NCBI RefSeq assembly: GCF_001194135.2
Contig: NC_068998.1
Location: 20,505,917 to 20,569,916 of the forward strand
From: Octopus bimaculoides
Lineage: Eukaryota
DNA length: 64,000 nt
Direction: 5' to 3'
The stretch's first letter is position 1. Each line of letters opens with the position of its first letter. The position numbers and the translations under genes are program-made. Shown here one piece after another: positions 13,668 through 26,255 of the stretch. The notes under the pieces are model-generated. The model was given only the letters and a program-made list of their open reading frames with translations, did no database searches and was not told the DNA's origin.

Positions 13668-15668
13668 CACAATTGGTTTCTGTCAGTTTCCATCTATCAC
13701 ACTCACTCATGAGGTTTTGGTCAGCCTAGGGCTATAACAGAAAACATTTTCTCAAGGTGCCACACTGTGGGATTGAACCCAGAACCATGTAGTTGTGAAG
13801 CAAACTTCTTAGCACACAGTATCAGCATGTGTGTGTGTGTGTGTGTGTGTGTAATTGCCAAAAAAAAAAAAAACACAAGAGTGGCAAACAGATATCTGTT
13901 TTTACCAGCTACCCAGTCATGAAAGAATCTACAATCAAAAGATGATAGTCATCATTGAATCTAATGAACAGCCATAAGCATTTTGTAAATGTCTATATAA
14001 ATGTATATCTGTGTGTATGTCTCTGTGAATATATGTGTGTGTATGTGCATATACATAATTGTGTGTATTGGTGTGAGTGAGTTGTTGTTCTAGTTGATCA
14101 AGGGCTTGACTGCCTTTCTGGATTCTGCCGTTGTCAGTGATACAGCATTATGGCAAGTTATGTAAGGTACATAACTCTGGAAGATATCAATTCACGTGGC
14201 TGAAAATATATACTGTATTATTCCATTATAAGTCACACTATTTTATACTTGATTTTAACTGAAAAAGACGGGGTGTAACTTATATATAGGACAAAGCTAA
14301 AACCATGAAAGGAAAAATTTATTTGCCATGATTTAACACTAAATTAGGTATATGACTTATGAGTAAATTTGGTATTTATAGCTCACTGTTGAAAACAGCA
14401 GGTGCTTGTTGACAGGTGTTTAATTACTTCATAATGCAGATTTCAGTACTGTACGGTGGGTAATGATAGGTAAGAAATGTTCTTTGTCATGCTCATTTCA
14501 ATAGTGTACACAGCATGGTCACCCACAACTTGTCTGTTATAATTCCATTCACATCTTGGATATTTTGTAAGAATATTATTGGCTCTACCAGTACTTGATT
14601 GGTACATTGTTGTATAACCCCCACCTCCCCCAACAGATGAAGGGTGAAGTTGACTTCCATAGAGTTTGAACTTCATGAATTACATAAAGATACATGCTTT
14701 CAAAACAAACAAAAAAAAAAATATGTACCATTTTTTTTTTTTATATTTCATAATTTATAAACGTTTTTATTTTAAAGTTTTTGTTTTGGTAAATGAGATG
14801 TTTTCTAAATACAAGATATATAAACTGCTTGTTTGTCTTTTGATCTTTTTTATGTGTTATTTATGGAGTTGTTGAAAAGACCAGCTAGAGTGAGGGTTTC
14901 AGCTGGATTTATTTGATGCCTGACACAAGCTTTTTAATGCATATATAACATATATTGATAGATTTCTCTAGAGTTATGAAATGTTAAGAAGTTAATTCTG
15001 AAATAGCTTTACATTTGTATTTTTTATGCACTTAAAGTTAGGAGTTGTAAAGTTGTGTCATTGACTCAAGAACCAGGTGTTTGCCTTCTGTATTTGGTAT
15101 TGCATTGACATTTATCACTTCATGGACTTGGTCTATCTATTTGTAAATATTGTATCTTAGCAAGATTCATTTCAGCACTTGCTGTAATAATTAACAATGT
15201 TTCTATAGCATTTCAGTGTTGAGCTCAAATTTCACCACAGACTTAAAGCCTGTAATAGACTGGTCTTCTGTCTCTCAATTTAATTTCTAACCCTTTACGA
15301 TTTAAACCAGCCTTATCTGGCCCAAATATTGTACCTGTCTTATGTTCACACCAAACCAAATCTGGGCTCTCACACCTTCCTTTCAATGTCATTCAAAAAA
15401 TAAGCAATAATGTCATTGAAATCTCAAAGCTACAGCATAGTACTTGATTAATTCAAAACAATGTGAATAAATAAGCATTACATTTGACAGACCCGTCTGA
15501 ATGCCTAAGAGTTAAATGTCACACAACTGACACAATGGTAATACAGGACTGACATAAATAGCAATAGGAATATATGTACTAAAGTGTGTATTTGTGTGCT
15601 TATAGCTTGTTAATGCAACCGATTTTCTTTTTTGTTTCCTTTCATAGATCATTTGTCAACCTTAAAGA

Positions 15669-15701
15669 ATGCTTGACAATGCAGTTGAGGAGAAGAACTG
15701 A
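15669..15701 (+). promoter_or_regulatory. Out-of-frame uORF overlapping the CTDSPL2 start (MLDNAVEEKN*)
   Basis: ATG 10 nt upstream of the main ATG, with A at -3; stops at TGA 15699-15701. Confidence 0.5.
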
Positions 15702-15819
15702 AGACAGGTGCCCTTGCGGCTGTGCCCAGACTACTGTGCCTGCCGGGTCACATGCCCTTCAGGAATGTAATAAAGAGAAGAAGAAGCACGTGATACAAGA
15801 TAGCAGTGAAATACCAGAG
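15679..15819 (+). CDS. CTDSPL2: CTDSPL2/SCP4 first coding exon (exon starts 15648; ATG at 15679)
   Basis: Acceptor ttcctttcatAG at 15646-47 and donor GAG|gtaagt. Encodes MQLRRRTEDRCPCGC...SSEIPE (47 codons, phase 0). The start resembles the vertebrate MRLRTRK N-terminus and the phase fits the next exon. Confidence 0.8.
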
Positions 15820-16304
15820 GTAAGTCTTCATAGCTGACAAGGTGTGAGTTTCTGGTTTTATTGAGCGTCTTTTGGGAATAGCTTCTTCTCAAGAAACTGG
15901 ACAACATGGTGATAAATTTTTGCTGTAATTAGTAATCTGCCAAAGAGACATTATGGCTAAATTAATGTAGATTTGTGGGTTTTACCCTTATATGTCAAAG
16001 AATTACATGCACTCACACATGCACGTGCGCACGCACACACACACACATTTACATACATAGTGTTGCTACTCTGAGTATCTAATGTTAATTTTTTGCTTAT
16101 TTCTGTCGTTCATGATGAAACGTATGCCAGTTATAATCGAGTACACTCCACTCTTACAAAGTGGTTGGCTTGCATCAGTCAGCCCTGTATGAGGAACTTA
16201 TAGTGTGGATATAGCTGGTCAAAAACTCTAGACACCAGTTGTGACCCTGTTGTCAAAACTTTGGGCTTGAAGACGAGGCCACTTTTGTAAAAGTATAAAC
16301 AGAT

Positions 16305-16740
16305 TTATTCTTTCTTTTATTTTTTTATGTGTTTCAGCGCAAAGGCTGTGGCTATGCTGGAGTACTGCCTGTCTAATCACTTTTCCCATGGCCATTCTTA
16401 GGCAGTTAGCTTTTGGTGAAGGATGGAGTTTGACATTGCTGCTCTCTTTTGAGTTTCTTGCCATGCTATAGGTTCATCTAGGACTTTGGACAGCAGGAAG
16501 TCAAGTTGTTTCTTGAAAACATCTACCACTGCTCCATGTAGATCCTGAAGATGTTTTGGCAAGGTATTAAATAGTCTTTGGGTCTTTGAATCCCAAGTTA
16601 TTGCAGTACATGGTCCTCACTCTAGACAGGACAGCTGGGACCTTTGGAACAGTGCAGTGACGTCTATATCAGGGGCTGCTGTAGCTCTCAATGCCATAGT
16701 TTGTTGAGAGAGTTAATATTGAACAGGCTGAGAAAGTATA
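16305..16740 (-). mobile_element. CR1-clade LINE 3' end (ORF2 C-terminus and 3' UTR), frameshifted
   Basis: Translates as RHCTVPKVP..VRTMYCNNLGFK / RLFNTLPKHLQDLHG..VDVFKKQLDFLLSKVLDEP..RAAMSNSILHQ and ends in an A-rich tail. Confidence 0.85.
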
Positions 16741-17689
16741 GAAAAGCTCCTTGACTGTTATTTGATGTTCAGAATCTGAGTGCCTTCTTTCTCATCATGA
16801 TCATTATTTTTACGTCCACTTTTTCCATCTGACATGCAAATATGGTATTTTTTATTCCATTAGTCTTCACACATGATGAAACAGCTAAGCTATGGGGACA
16901 TTTTTTATGAGAGACATAAGCACTATCACTGAAACAAAAGGATGATAATGTGAAGAGCCATGAAAACACCTACAAGCACATATGGAGGTAATCATGCCCC
17001 CCTCCCACTCTAAGATACCCACACCAATACTATGATGGTTCCCATCATAGTATGAGTGTAGAACTGAGTTCCTAAAACCAAGGTACCATGTAAAAAATTA
17101 TGCTGATGTGGGTTCTGGTGTCACGCAAAAGCACCAAATTTTGATGCAAGGTTTCAATTTAGGTCACTTGATGTAGGAAGTTATCAGAGAACCAAGGTTG
17201 GTCTTGGGTAGGCTGGTGTCAAAAGGCTTAAAGTAAATATTGCAAAAACACTATCATTAACTTGGTCCATCAGACTCTCCTGCTGTCTGGAAAGTGGAGA
17301 TGCCTGATGCACAGGAAAGTAATGGATAGGAATAATGTGCTGGTACTACGCTAATAGTATCCAGCACACATTCTAAAATAGTTGGTGTTAAGGGCAACCA
17401 GCTGTAGAAAGCAAACCAAATTAGACCAGAACCTGGTGCAGCTCTCCTGTTTACCAGCTCTGGTGAAACTGTCCAACCCATGCCAACAGGGACAATGGGC
17501 ATTAAAGGATGGTGATGGTGATGATGGACCAATGTAGTTATGGGTACACAAGAAATGTACTGAAATCACAGACAAGCTGATTGAAAAGAATGACTTTGTA
17601 TGTAACAACAGATGCACGGATATTTAGTAGTCAAAGCACTTATAAAATATTATCTGATGTTCATAGGGCTTTAGTTGGTAGTTTCTGTT

Positions 17690-18170
17690 ACTTAGACTTA
17701 AGTAGCAGTGGAAGAGGGTATTCCAAATGTATTAGTAGTCATGGTAAAAACTGGGTGGATAAATTCCAGGGGTCTATTACCTCTGCTGTTATCAAAATGA
17801 TTTGCTCTGTGAGAAGATTGTATGATGCTTGTGTATTAAGGGTGATGTTGCAATGTAATGAAACATAGACATTGACTGTAGAAGCTGTGTGAAAACAGGA
17901 AGGAAACGAGGTGATCTTGTTCCATTAGGTGTGTAACGTGCATGGATATTTGAGCACAAATGAGCTGAGAGAAAAACTGAGCGTAAGAGTAATCAGTTGT
18001 AGTGTACTAGAGAGAAGACTGAATTTATAAGGATATGTGATGCATATGAAGGATGACCGATGAGTAAAAGAAGTGCCAATTCAAGTGGAAGGAATCTACA
18101 GAAGAGGAAGACATGAGAAGAAATGGTAAAAGGTGGTTCTCAGGAAGCTGAACCTCGTGGAAGGAGATTG
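17690..18170 (+). mobile_element. RTE-clade LINE ORF2 C-terminal fragment, degenerate
   Basis: Translates as RLYDACVLRVML..ET*TLT...NELREKL...ERRL..GYVMHM...EG..RRGR, with stops. Confidence 0.85.
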
Positions 18171-18334
18171 TAAGGGATTGATAAATACCAGTTAATTACT
18201 GGGGTTGGTTTAATGAAACATACTCTTCCCCAGTATTTCTGTCCTTGAGCCAATGTAAGAAATTGTTACTATAAAACTGTTAATGAATGTAATATGTTAA
18301 CATTAATAGCTATAATTTGGGAATTTTCTTATAG

Positions 18335-18464
18335 AATAATCCTGAAACTCCTTGCAAGCAGTTGAAACGGTTCGATACAGCTCGATACAACAATGGTATG
18401 AATGGGTTGGAAGCTCCAAATCTAATTACATCCTCACCAATTCAAAAGAAAATTCACAAAAAAG
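18335..18464 (+). CDS. CTDSPL2: CTDSPL2 coding exon 2
   Basis: ttttcttatAG acceptor and AAG|gtatgt donor. Encodes NNPETPCKQLKRF...PNLITSSPIQKKIHKK; NLITSSP matches the conserved NLITSTP motif. Phase 0 to 1. Confidence 0.9.
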
Positions 18465-19442
18465 GTATGTTTGTTTTCACTTAAATGTGATTTTTCATTG
18501 ATTTTCTTCGCTGGACACCAATATAGTAAGTGAACATAGAACCCTCTACTGACAACCAGAAATTCCTCATATATATATATATATATGTGTGTCCATGTCT
18601 CTATGGCATGTTTTTTTTATGTGTGGGTTTCTGTATCATGTATATATTTCTGACTCTGCTTTTTGTGTGTGTGTGCATGCTTTCATGTATGTGTTCGTAT
18701 GTGGCTGTATGTATCTTAGCTGTACAACCATGCCTATCCTTACTCTCCAACTATATATGCAGGCTGAGCTAAAAGTCATGCACCAACAAATGACATTTTT
18801 ATATTGCATTATTATTTTTTAATTTGGTTCGTCATGTACAAGTATGTGTGTATTCATCACTATTTTATTCATCTTATTCAATTTTAGAAAAATTGAAGTG
18901 TGTCTGACAATTCCAGAGTGTGTTGAACTTATTTTATGTGTGACTTTTGACCCACCCTGTATATATTCCTAATTAGGTCATCAAATTATCATAGTTTTTG
19001 TTCATAATACAATTTGAGCTTAGCACTGCAAGCTTAAAAATTATTTAGAAATGTAGCAAAATACTGCAAGTCCTTACAGTATTTTGGCATGGTACCAATT
19101 TATGAGTAGCTGAACTGAGCTATGGAGATTTTAATTGGCTTTGCTTGGGAGCCAAAAACACACCAATATTCATAACTTGCATTGCTTATAGCTATGCGCT
19201 ATAGTTCCCTTATCATACCGATATATTGATAGATAGACTGGTGTCTGAGATTTTCAACAGAACAAAGAAAAATGTTAGTGACAGAGGGGAAACTGGTAAC
19301 CTTTTGAAAAATAGACCAGCATTTTTGTAATTTTGGTTGGCAGCATTCAGGTCAATGGTAAGTTTCAGTGGCTCATTGTTACCATTTATTTTCCGTTTTT
19401 TTAGCCTTAACATTGATGAACATTATTATCATTATTATTTTT

Positions 19443-19895
19443 AAGGCAGTGAGCCAATAGAATCGTTAACATGTCAGGCAAAATACTTAGCAGCATTTCT
19501 TATGTCTGTTTATGTTCTCTGTTCAAATTTCACCATGGTTGACTTTGCTTTTCCTTCTTTCATCATTGATAAAATAAGTACCAGTTAACTACTGGGTTGC
19601 TGTAATCAATTACCCCCCCTCTCCCCTTGTGCCAAAGATTGAAACCCTTACCATTTATTATTGTTATTATTAAGACGGTGAGCTAGCAGAATTGTTAGCC
19701 GGGCAAAATGCTCAGCGGTATTTTGTCTGTCTTTATGTTCTGAGTTCAAATTCCATTAAAGTGAACTTTGCCTTTCAACCCTTCGGGGTCGATAAATTAA
19801 GTACCAGTGAGATACTGGGGTCAATGTAATCAACTAGTCTCCTCCCCATAAATTTCAGTTCTTGTGTCTATAGTAGGAAGGATTATTATTGTTAT
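19443..19895 (+). mobile_element. Two tandem Deu/Nin-domain-like SINEs. Further copies at about 25040-25225, 27130-27590 (-), 33050-33270 (-), 48012-48230, 51800-52030 and 55800-56232
   Basis: GAGCT.GCAGAA head, TTCTGAGTTCAAATT, GACTTTGCCTTTCA.CC.TTCGGGGTCGATAAATTAAGTACCAG core and (ATT)n tail. Confidence 0.75.
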
Positions 19896-22464
19896 TATTA
19901 GAAGAATGATGAATGCTGTAAAAATGTTTTATGATATTTAGTTACAAAACATTATGGTGAATTATTTGCCAACATTATTAGTGTAGTATATAATGTGCTC
20001 TGAGTTCAAATCCTGCCAAAGTTGACTTTGCATTTCATAAAATATAATACAGAATAGTGAATTGGCAGAATTTAGTCAGAGAGCATGCCTTACAGTATTT
20101 GTAAAGTCTCTGGTTTGAGGATTCATAATAACTTGATATCTTAATACGCTTGGATTCTTGTTGCAGCAGAACATGTGTGTGTTGTGGTTTCTTCCTCTTC
20201 TTTTTCCTCACCTGTCTTGGAGGATCCTGCAAAAAGGTCATGGGTATTGTCCTTCCTCCTCTGACTAAGTATGTGTGTGTGTTTGCGTGTGTATACTAAT
20301 TACAATGTGACACAGGAGGATGACAAAGGAATATATGGTAAAAACAGCAAAACACAGACTTTTGATGCAGACATGCCCGACCACTCATCAGTTGTCGACC
20401 AAATATCATCACAATTTTGACACCTTATGACAATGTCATTTAATTTGGCAGTGTCAGCAACATAAACAGCTGGTTTATAAATGAGGGGACATAATAGATG
20501 AAAAAGGACAGAAAAAATAAGACAAGCATAATAACAAGAAAAGATGAGGTCACAGACAGAGCAGTAAATTATGACAAGTGATGAGAAGAACAGGAAATAT
20601 GTGTGTGTGTGTGTATTAGACTCCTAGATGAATGTAGTTTGAAATAGTTTCTAATTTCAAACACTTTAAAACCAGTGATTGCCAAAACTTGCTATGGAAA
20701 CCTTTATATGACGTTCCAAAAATCATAGAGTTCATAATTAATATTTAATGAACAGTTCCCATCAAATTATTACATGAAACAAAAATTGTTTTATAAGGAG
20801 ACATATGAAAAAAAAAGCAAAATAACTTATTTTGAAAATGGTGAATACCATTTTTTTCCCCCCATAAAATATATTTTATTACAAGTCACCCTATTTTGTG
20901 AACTTCAGAATCTTTTCATGGATCCTACTTTGGGAAACATTGCTTTAAAGTATCTAATGTGATCTTTATGCTCCCCAAAATGCTCTTCTTTTAAAGTAGA
21001 TTCTGATGAGAACTTAGTAATAATCAGCTAATAACCATTTTTTAAAATTTGTACCATATAACTTTTGTTTGATACTATGTACAGGGAATGTTCTGGATTC
21101 AAACTATTTTATTTTTGTTTGCTTTTTTTATTTTGTTTTATTTCCTTTTAATTTGTTTTCTCTTACACAATCTTTTGGAGAATTTTTTTTTCCAATTATC
21201 TTAGTAGATAGAATATTTCTGTGACTGTCTTCTTTTGTGTATCAGCAGAACTGTTAGAGCATCATACAAAATGCTTTATGGTATCAAGTTATGACCTATT
21301 ATGGTCTGAGTTGGAATTCTTTCAAAGCCATCTTTGCCTTTCATTCTTCATAGATTTAATGGCACATGGCACCGGTTGACTGGAGTCAGTATAATTGACT
21401 ATAATGGATTCATTGACTATACTGACTATAATGGATTAATCAACTATTACACACCCCTGAAAATTACCGTCCTTGTGTCGGAATTATTGTTTATATATAT
21501 AAACAATAACACAGATAGTTTGAGGCTCATTACATGTTCTTTATTGATGAACAAAACAATTACATCATGTAAAAAAAACAAAACCTTTTCTTCAGGTGAA
21601 TTAAGAGTAAAATTTATAAGTATTTATAAGCATATTTATATAAGCAAATACTTGAGTGTGAACATGTAGGAAAGAAGAGTAGTCATTGTTGAAATTATAG
21701 CATTATATTTCATTAGAAGCTGAAGCTTTGTAAATCTTTACTCTGAATATGTTGTTTCTGATCCTTGGACAATATCAGGAAACACTCATCATGTACATCT
21801 ATGTGTATATGTATATATACTTCAATACACATACATGCATACAAGCACACACACACTGTATGGGAATAAAACGCTTTTGATATTGGACAGAACAGTATAC
21901 TGATAATAATAATAATAAGAAGAAAAATGAAATTGATCTGAAGGAATGAAGGAATTATTCTTTAGTTTGTTTACATACAGGTTACAAAAAGTCTTCACAT
22001 TTTCTAAGAAAATTAATTGAAATGGAATGACATCAAATAAAGTAAAATATAGTAGAATATTGGTGTTAGGAAGAGCATCCAGCTGTAGAAGCCATGCTAA
22101 ATCAGATTGGCGTCTGGTGCAGCCTTCCAGCTTGCCATCCCTGGTCAAACTTTCCAATCCATGGCACCAGCATGGACAACGAACGTTAAATGATGATGAT
22201 GATTTATGTTGTTATATTTAATATTGCTTCAAGCATTCTCAGGTGCTAGATGAGGAGTTCTTAAATGTAATAATGTAAAAAGTCTATTTTATTTCATTTC
22301 ATTCCATATGATTTCCTTGGGAAATTTAAAGACTTTCCTTTCTGTTTTATAAAGAAAGTAAGGGACAATTTCTTCAATATATATATATGTCATCATGGTA
22401 GATGCTGTTTAGAAAGATTGTTAGTCTCTAATGGGAATTCACTAACTGAGCACTATTGTTCCAG

Positions 22465-22593
22465 GTAGTAATCCCAGAAAGGGTGTATTGCACGCCGTAA
22501 AAGAAAACAGCCAAACTACAATCAGTCCAGCGAGAACAACTTTCCATGGTACTATGTTTTCTCCAATGTACCAGTTTTACGGCACCAATAATG
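22465..22593 (+). CDS. CTDSPL2: CTDSPL2 coding exon 3
   Basis: ttgttccAG acceptor and ATG|gtgagt donor. Encodes SPARTTFHGTMFSPMYQFY, matching the family motif SPPRTTLLGTIFSPVFNFF. Phase 1 to 1. Confidence 0.92.
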
Positions 22594-23683
22594 GTGAGTC
22601 AATACTAAGTCCTCCTCCTCCTTTACATTGAAGACTTTTTTGTTTCTCTTTCCCTCTCTCAAACTGTTTATTTTATATATTTTTTAATTTTTCAATTTTT
22701 CTGCTTTTTGTTTCTTTATATATTTTTATTTTGTATTTTTCTGTTTTATTTTCATTTCTTTATATTTTATTATTTTTATTAAAATAGAGCAGCCTCTAAG
22801 CACTAAGTCATGGGACATAATCCAACATTATTGAATTTCACATAAAACACTTGATAATGTAAAGCAATTCTTATCATGGTATAAATATGATATCTACACT
22901 CCTAAAGCAGTACCTCCTTACTGTGAGGGGAAAATGTTATTTTGGTGGTATTCTACTAGTTTTAGTAATTGGACTGTGACCATGCTGGGGCACTACCTTC
23001 AAGGATTTTATTCAATCTTATTGATACCTCTGCTCTTGTTTCAGTCTAGTACTTATTTTATTGATTTCTCTTTATCAAAGCACTAAGTCATGGGACATAA
23101 TCCAACAGTAGTTCATGCTGGTAAATGTAAACCCACACACACACACACACGTGTCTGTAATATCATACAGGCACAATATAATAGTTTCAACCTGCTGAAA
23201 TTCTAGTTCTTCTACAGTTATTATTATATTTAATCTATCTTTGTGTGTGTGTGTATGCATATGTATACACACACATATATATAAGATCCCCTTCAGTCAT
23301 GAATGATCATGGGATGGCACTTAGAAAGTTACCCTCCGATGTACAGGTCCAGGCACAGTTGTTTATGGAAGACCAGCAGTCACCCATGCATACCAGCCAC
23401 CTCCACGCCACTGATGTTATTCAAGAGAAAGGCCAAGGCCGATACAGCTTGGCACCAGTGACGTCACAGCTTATTTCTACAGATGAGTGAGCTGGAGCAA
23501 CATGAAATAAAGTGTCTTGCTTAAGAACACAACTCACAGTCCAGTCTGGGAATCGAACTCATTAACTCATGATTATAAGCCCAACACTCTAACCACTGAC
23601 CTATATATATGTTTGTTTGTTTGTGTGTGTGTGTATAAATATATATGTCAAAAATTTAACAAAAACACAACAAGCAAATATTA

Positions 23684-23852
23684 CAAAAGCATAACAAGCA
23701 GAAAATTCATAGCTTATTCCTTATTCTTCACCAATGTCCAAAAGATCATTACAATTTCATGCCTTTAAAGTTAAAGGCATGAAATTGTAATGATCTTTTG
23801 GACATTGACTTATGAGGAATAAACTATGAATTTTCTGTTTGTTATGTTTTTG
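23684..23852. repeat. Long palindrome or fold-back with perfect 37-bp inner arms
   Basis: 23732-23768 is the exact reverse complement of 23771-23807; the outer arms match at 35/38. Confidence 0.95.
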
Positions 23853-25813
23853 AAACATTTCCATTTGTCATGTTTCTGTTAAAATTATTGATAGATATTT
23901 ATGTAACGCTACGCACTCCTGATTATATATATATATATATATACATATATGAATGTGTGTGTGTTACTATCTCTTTGCCTTGACATCATATAATAACTGT
24001 GAGTATCACCACACATAAGCAACAAAATCTATCTAACCCATGCAAGCATGGAAAAGCAGATGTTAAAATGATGGTGATGGTGGCAGCTATTGTTGTTGTT
24101 GTTGTTTTAAACAGTTATGAACAAGGTGTAAATACCATAAAGAAGTAAAGAGGTTACAACAGTCTACTAAGCTTGCTTTGCAACTACATGATACCAGGTT
24201 CAGTCCTGCTGTATGGCAACTTATGCAAGTGTCTTTTGTTATAGCTCCAGACTGGCGTGTGTGTGTGTAATATATGTGCATGTATGTGTGAGTATATATG
24301 TGTGCTTGTATGTATTTGTGTTTGTCCTACCCAACTGTTTGATAAATGGTGTTGTTCTCTTTATGTTCCTGTAATTTAGTGGTTCAGTGAAAGAAACCAA
24401 TAGAATAACTACCAGAGCTCGAAAATAGATACTAGACTTAGAAATAAGTACTGGGGTTCAACTCGTTTGACTGAAACCCATTAAAGCAGCATTCTGGCAA
24501 GGCTGCAGCCCAATGACTGGAAGATAGTAAAAAGGTAATAGATAAGAAGATCTTTGAGGCTGAAAGTTTCTGGTCATAGTAATGACTCATTAATGCAGCT
24601 TACTTGACACTAACGAGATGCTTTATTAACCTTAATATACATCTTTTGCCTGCTGAGTGAACTGGAGCCACATGAAGTAAAGTGCCTTGCTTCAGGATAC
24701 AATGTGTTTCCCAGACTGGCATTCAAACCCCTAACTGTATGATTATGACCTCAATTGCTAACCACTATGCCTTCCAGCAAATATTGCATGTTGATAGTTA
24801 TATCATACAGGTACAATATCAGTTTTCCAGAACCTTTGGTTCCAAAACTGTTCCACATTACTGGTTTTTTTTCCAATTAAGGAACAGTCACGTTCTAAAT
24901 TAAACGAATATTAAATTTACTTACTTAATTAAACGAAAGGTAGATACTTTTTACCTATGGCTCCCTTTGATTCCTATTTTAGTCTACTAGACCCCATAAC
25001 AATTTATTATTTGAAAAAATCCTATTATGTTTTTGGCTGTGAGTTGTAAGAATTATCGTCTGTCTTTACATTCTGAGCACAAATTCTGCTGAGGTCGACT
25101 TTGCCTTTCATCCTTTCAGGGTTGATAAATTAAGTACCAGTTGCATACTGGGTTGATATAATTGATTAGTCCCCTCGCCCCAAATTTCTGGCCTTGTGCT
25201 TTTAGTAGAAAATATAATTATTATCAGGAATTGTATGAAATACTTTGTGCATTGCAGAACTATAACCAGTTTTATGGTACATAAATGTTAACCACAAAAC
25301 CTTATATGGATCCCCAAGGGCCATATGGACCCTAGTTGAGAACCACTTGTGTAAATGATGTAAGTTTGTTGAATCTGTACTGTGTAAGGTAGTATAGTCT
25401 GTGCAAGGTACCAGTAAACTTGCCTGGTAGCTGCAAGAATTTGAAATTCCTGCTTGTAAGTGCAAATTAGAAGAGGTTCCTGAGCATCAGTGTCCGTGAA
25501 GAGCATTTAAGATTCATTATTAATTTACTTCCAGTAAGCTTCCTGTCCAAGCTATCATTTATGTGTTGCTTTGGTGAATTTTTTCGGGGGTGGCGGCGAA
25601 ATGGGTGGGTGAGTGTGAGTCTTTTTTTTGTTGCTTTTTAATTTATTTTTAGAATTTAGGTGCAGGTGTGGTAAGTAGTTTGCTTCCCAACAACATGGTC
25701 CCAGGTTCAGTCCCACTGTGTGGCACCTTGGGCAAGTGCCTTCTACTATAACCTTCAGCTGACCAAAGCTTTGTGAGTAGATTTGGTAGACAAAAGCTGA
25801 AAGAGGCCTGTTG

Positions 25814-25887
<74 letters not shown>

Positions 25888-26124
25888 TGTATGTCTTTGC
25901 ATATGAAGTCTGATCAATAAGTATCCAGACTGTTGCCATAGTAACAAAGCTAAACCATGCAGAGTGAAGCCGCTTGGTAAAAATTGACCTGGAACTCTGC
26001 TGTGCATGCCCACTAAGTTTTAATGTTTTAGCTCACTTCCGATGTTTACAGCAGTGCTTGGTAGGAAGGTGTGTAGCATGTGATCATTGCATTGACCATG
26101 ACAAAGTTGTCATGGCAATACCTG

Positions 26125-26255
26125 CGTCGAAAACAATGAAAACTTTTTGAAAACTTCGCATAGGCTTCTGAGCAGGTATCACTAAGCTTTTAGCAAAATT
26201 TGATGCAGATTCTCTGCTCAACTTTCTCTGTCATGGTCAATGTGGCAATCACATG
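26125..26255 (-). mobile_element. Mariner transposase N-terminal fragment
   Basis: The minus strand translates as EKVEQRICIKFC*KLSDTCSEAYAKF (mariner first HTH). Confidence 0.75.

Noticed and set aside
16112-16247. ATGATGA as a C/D snoRNA C box
   Set aside because: No properly placed CTGA D box or terminal stem.
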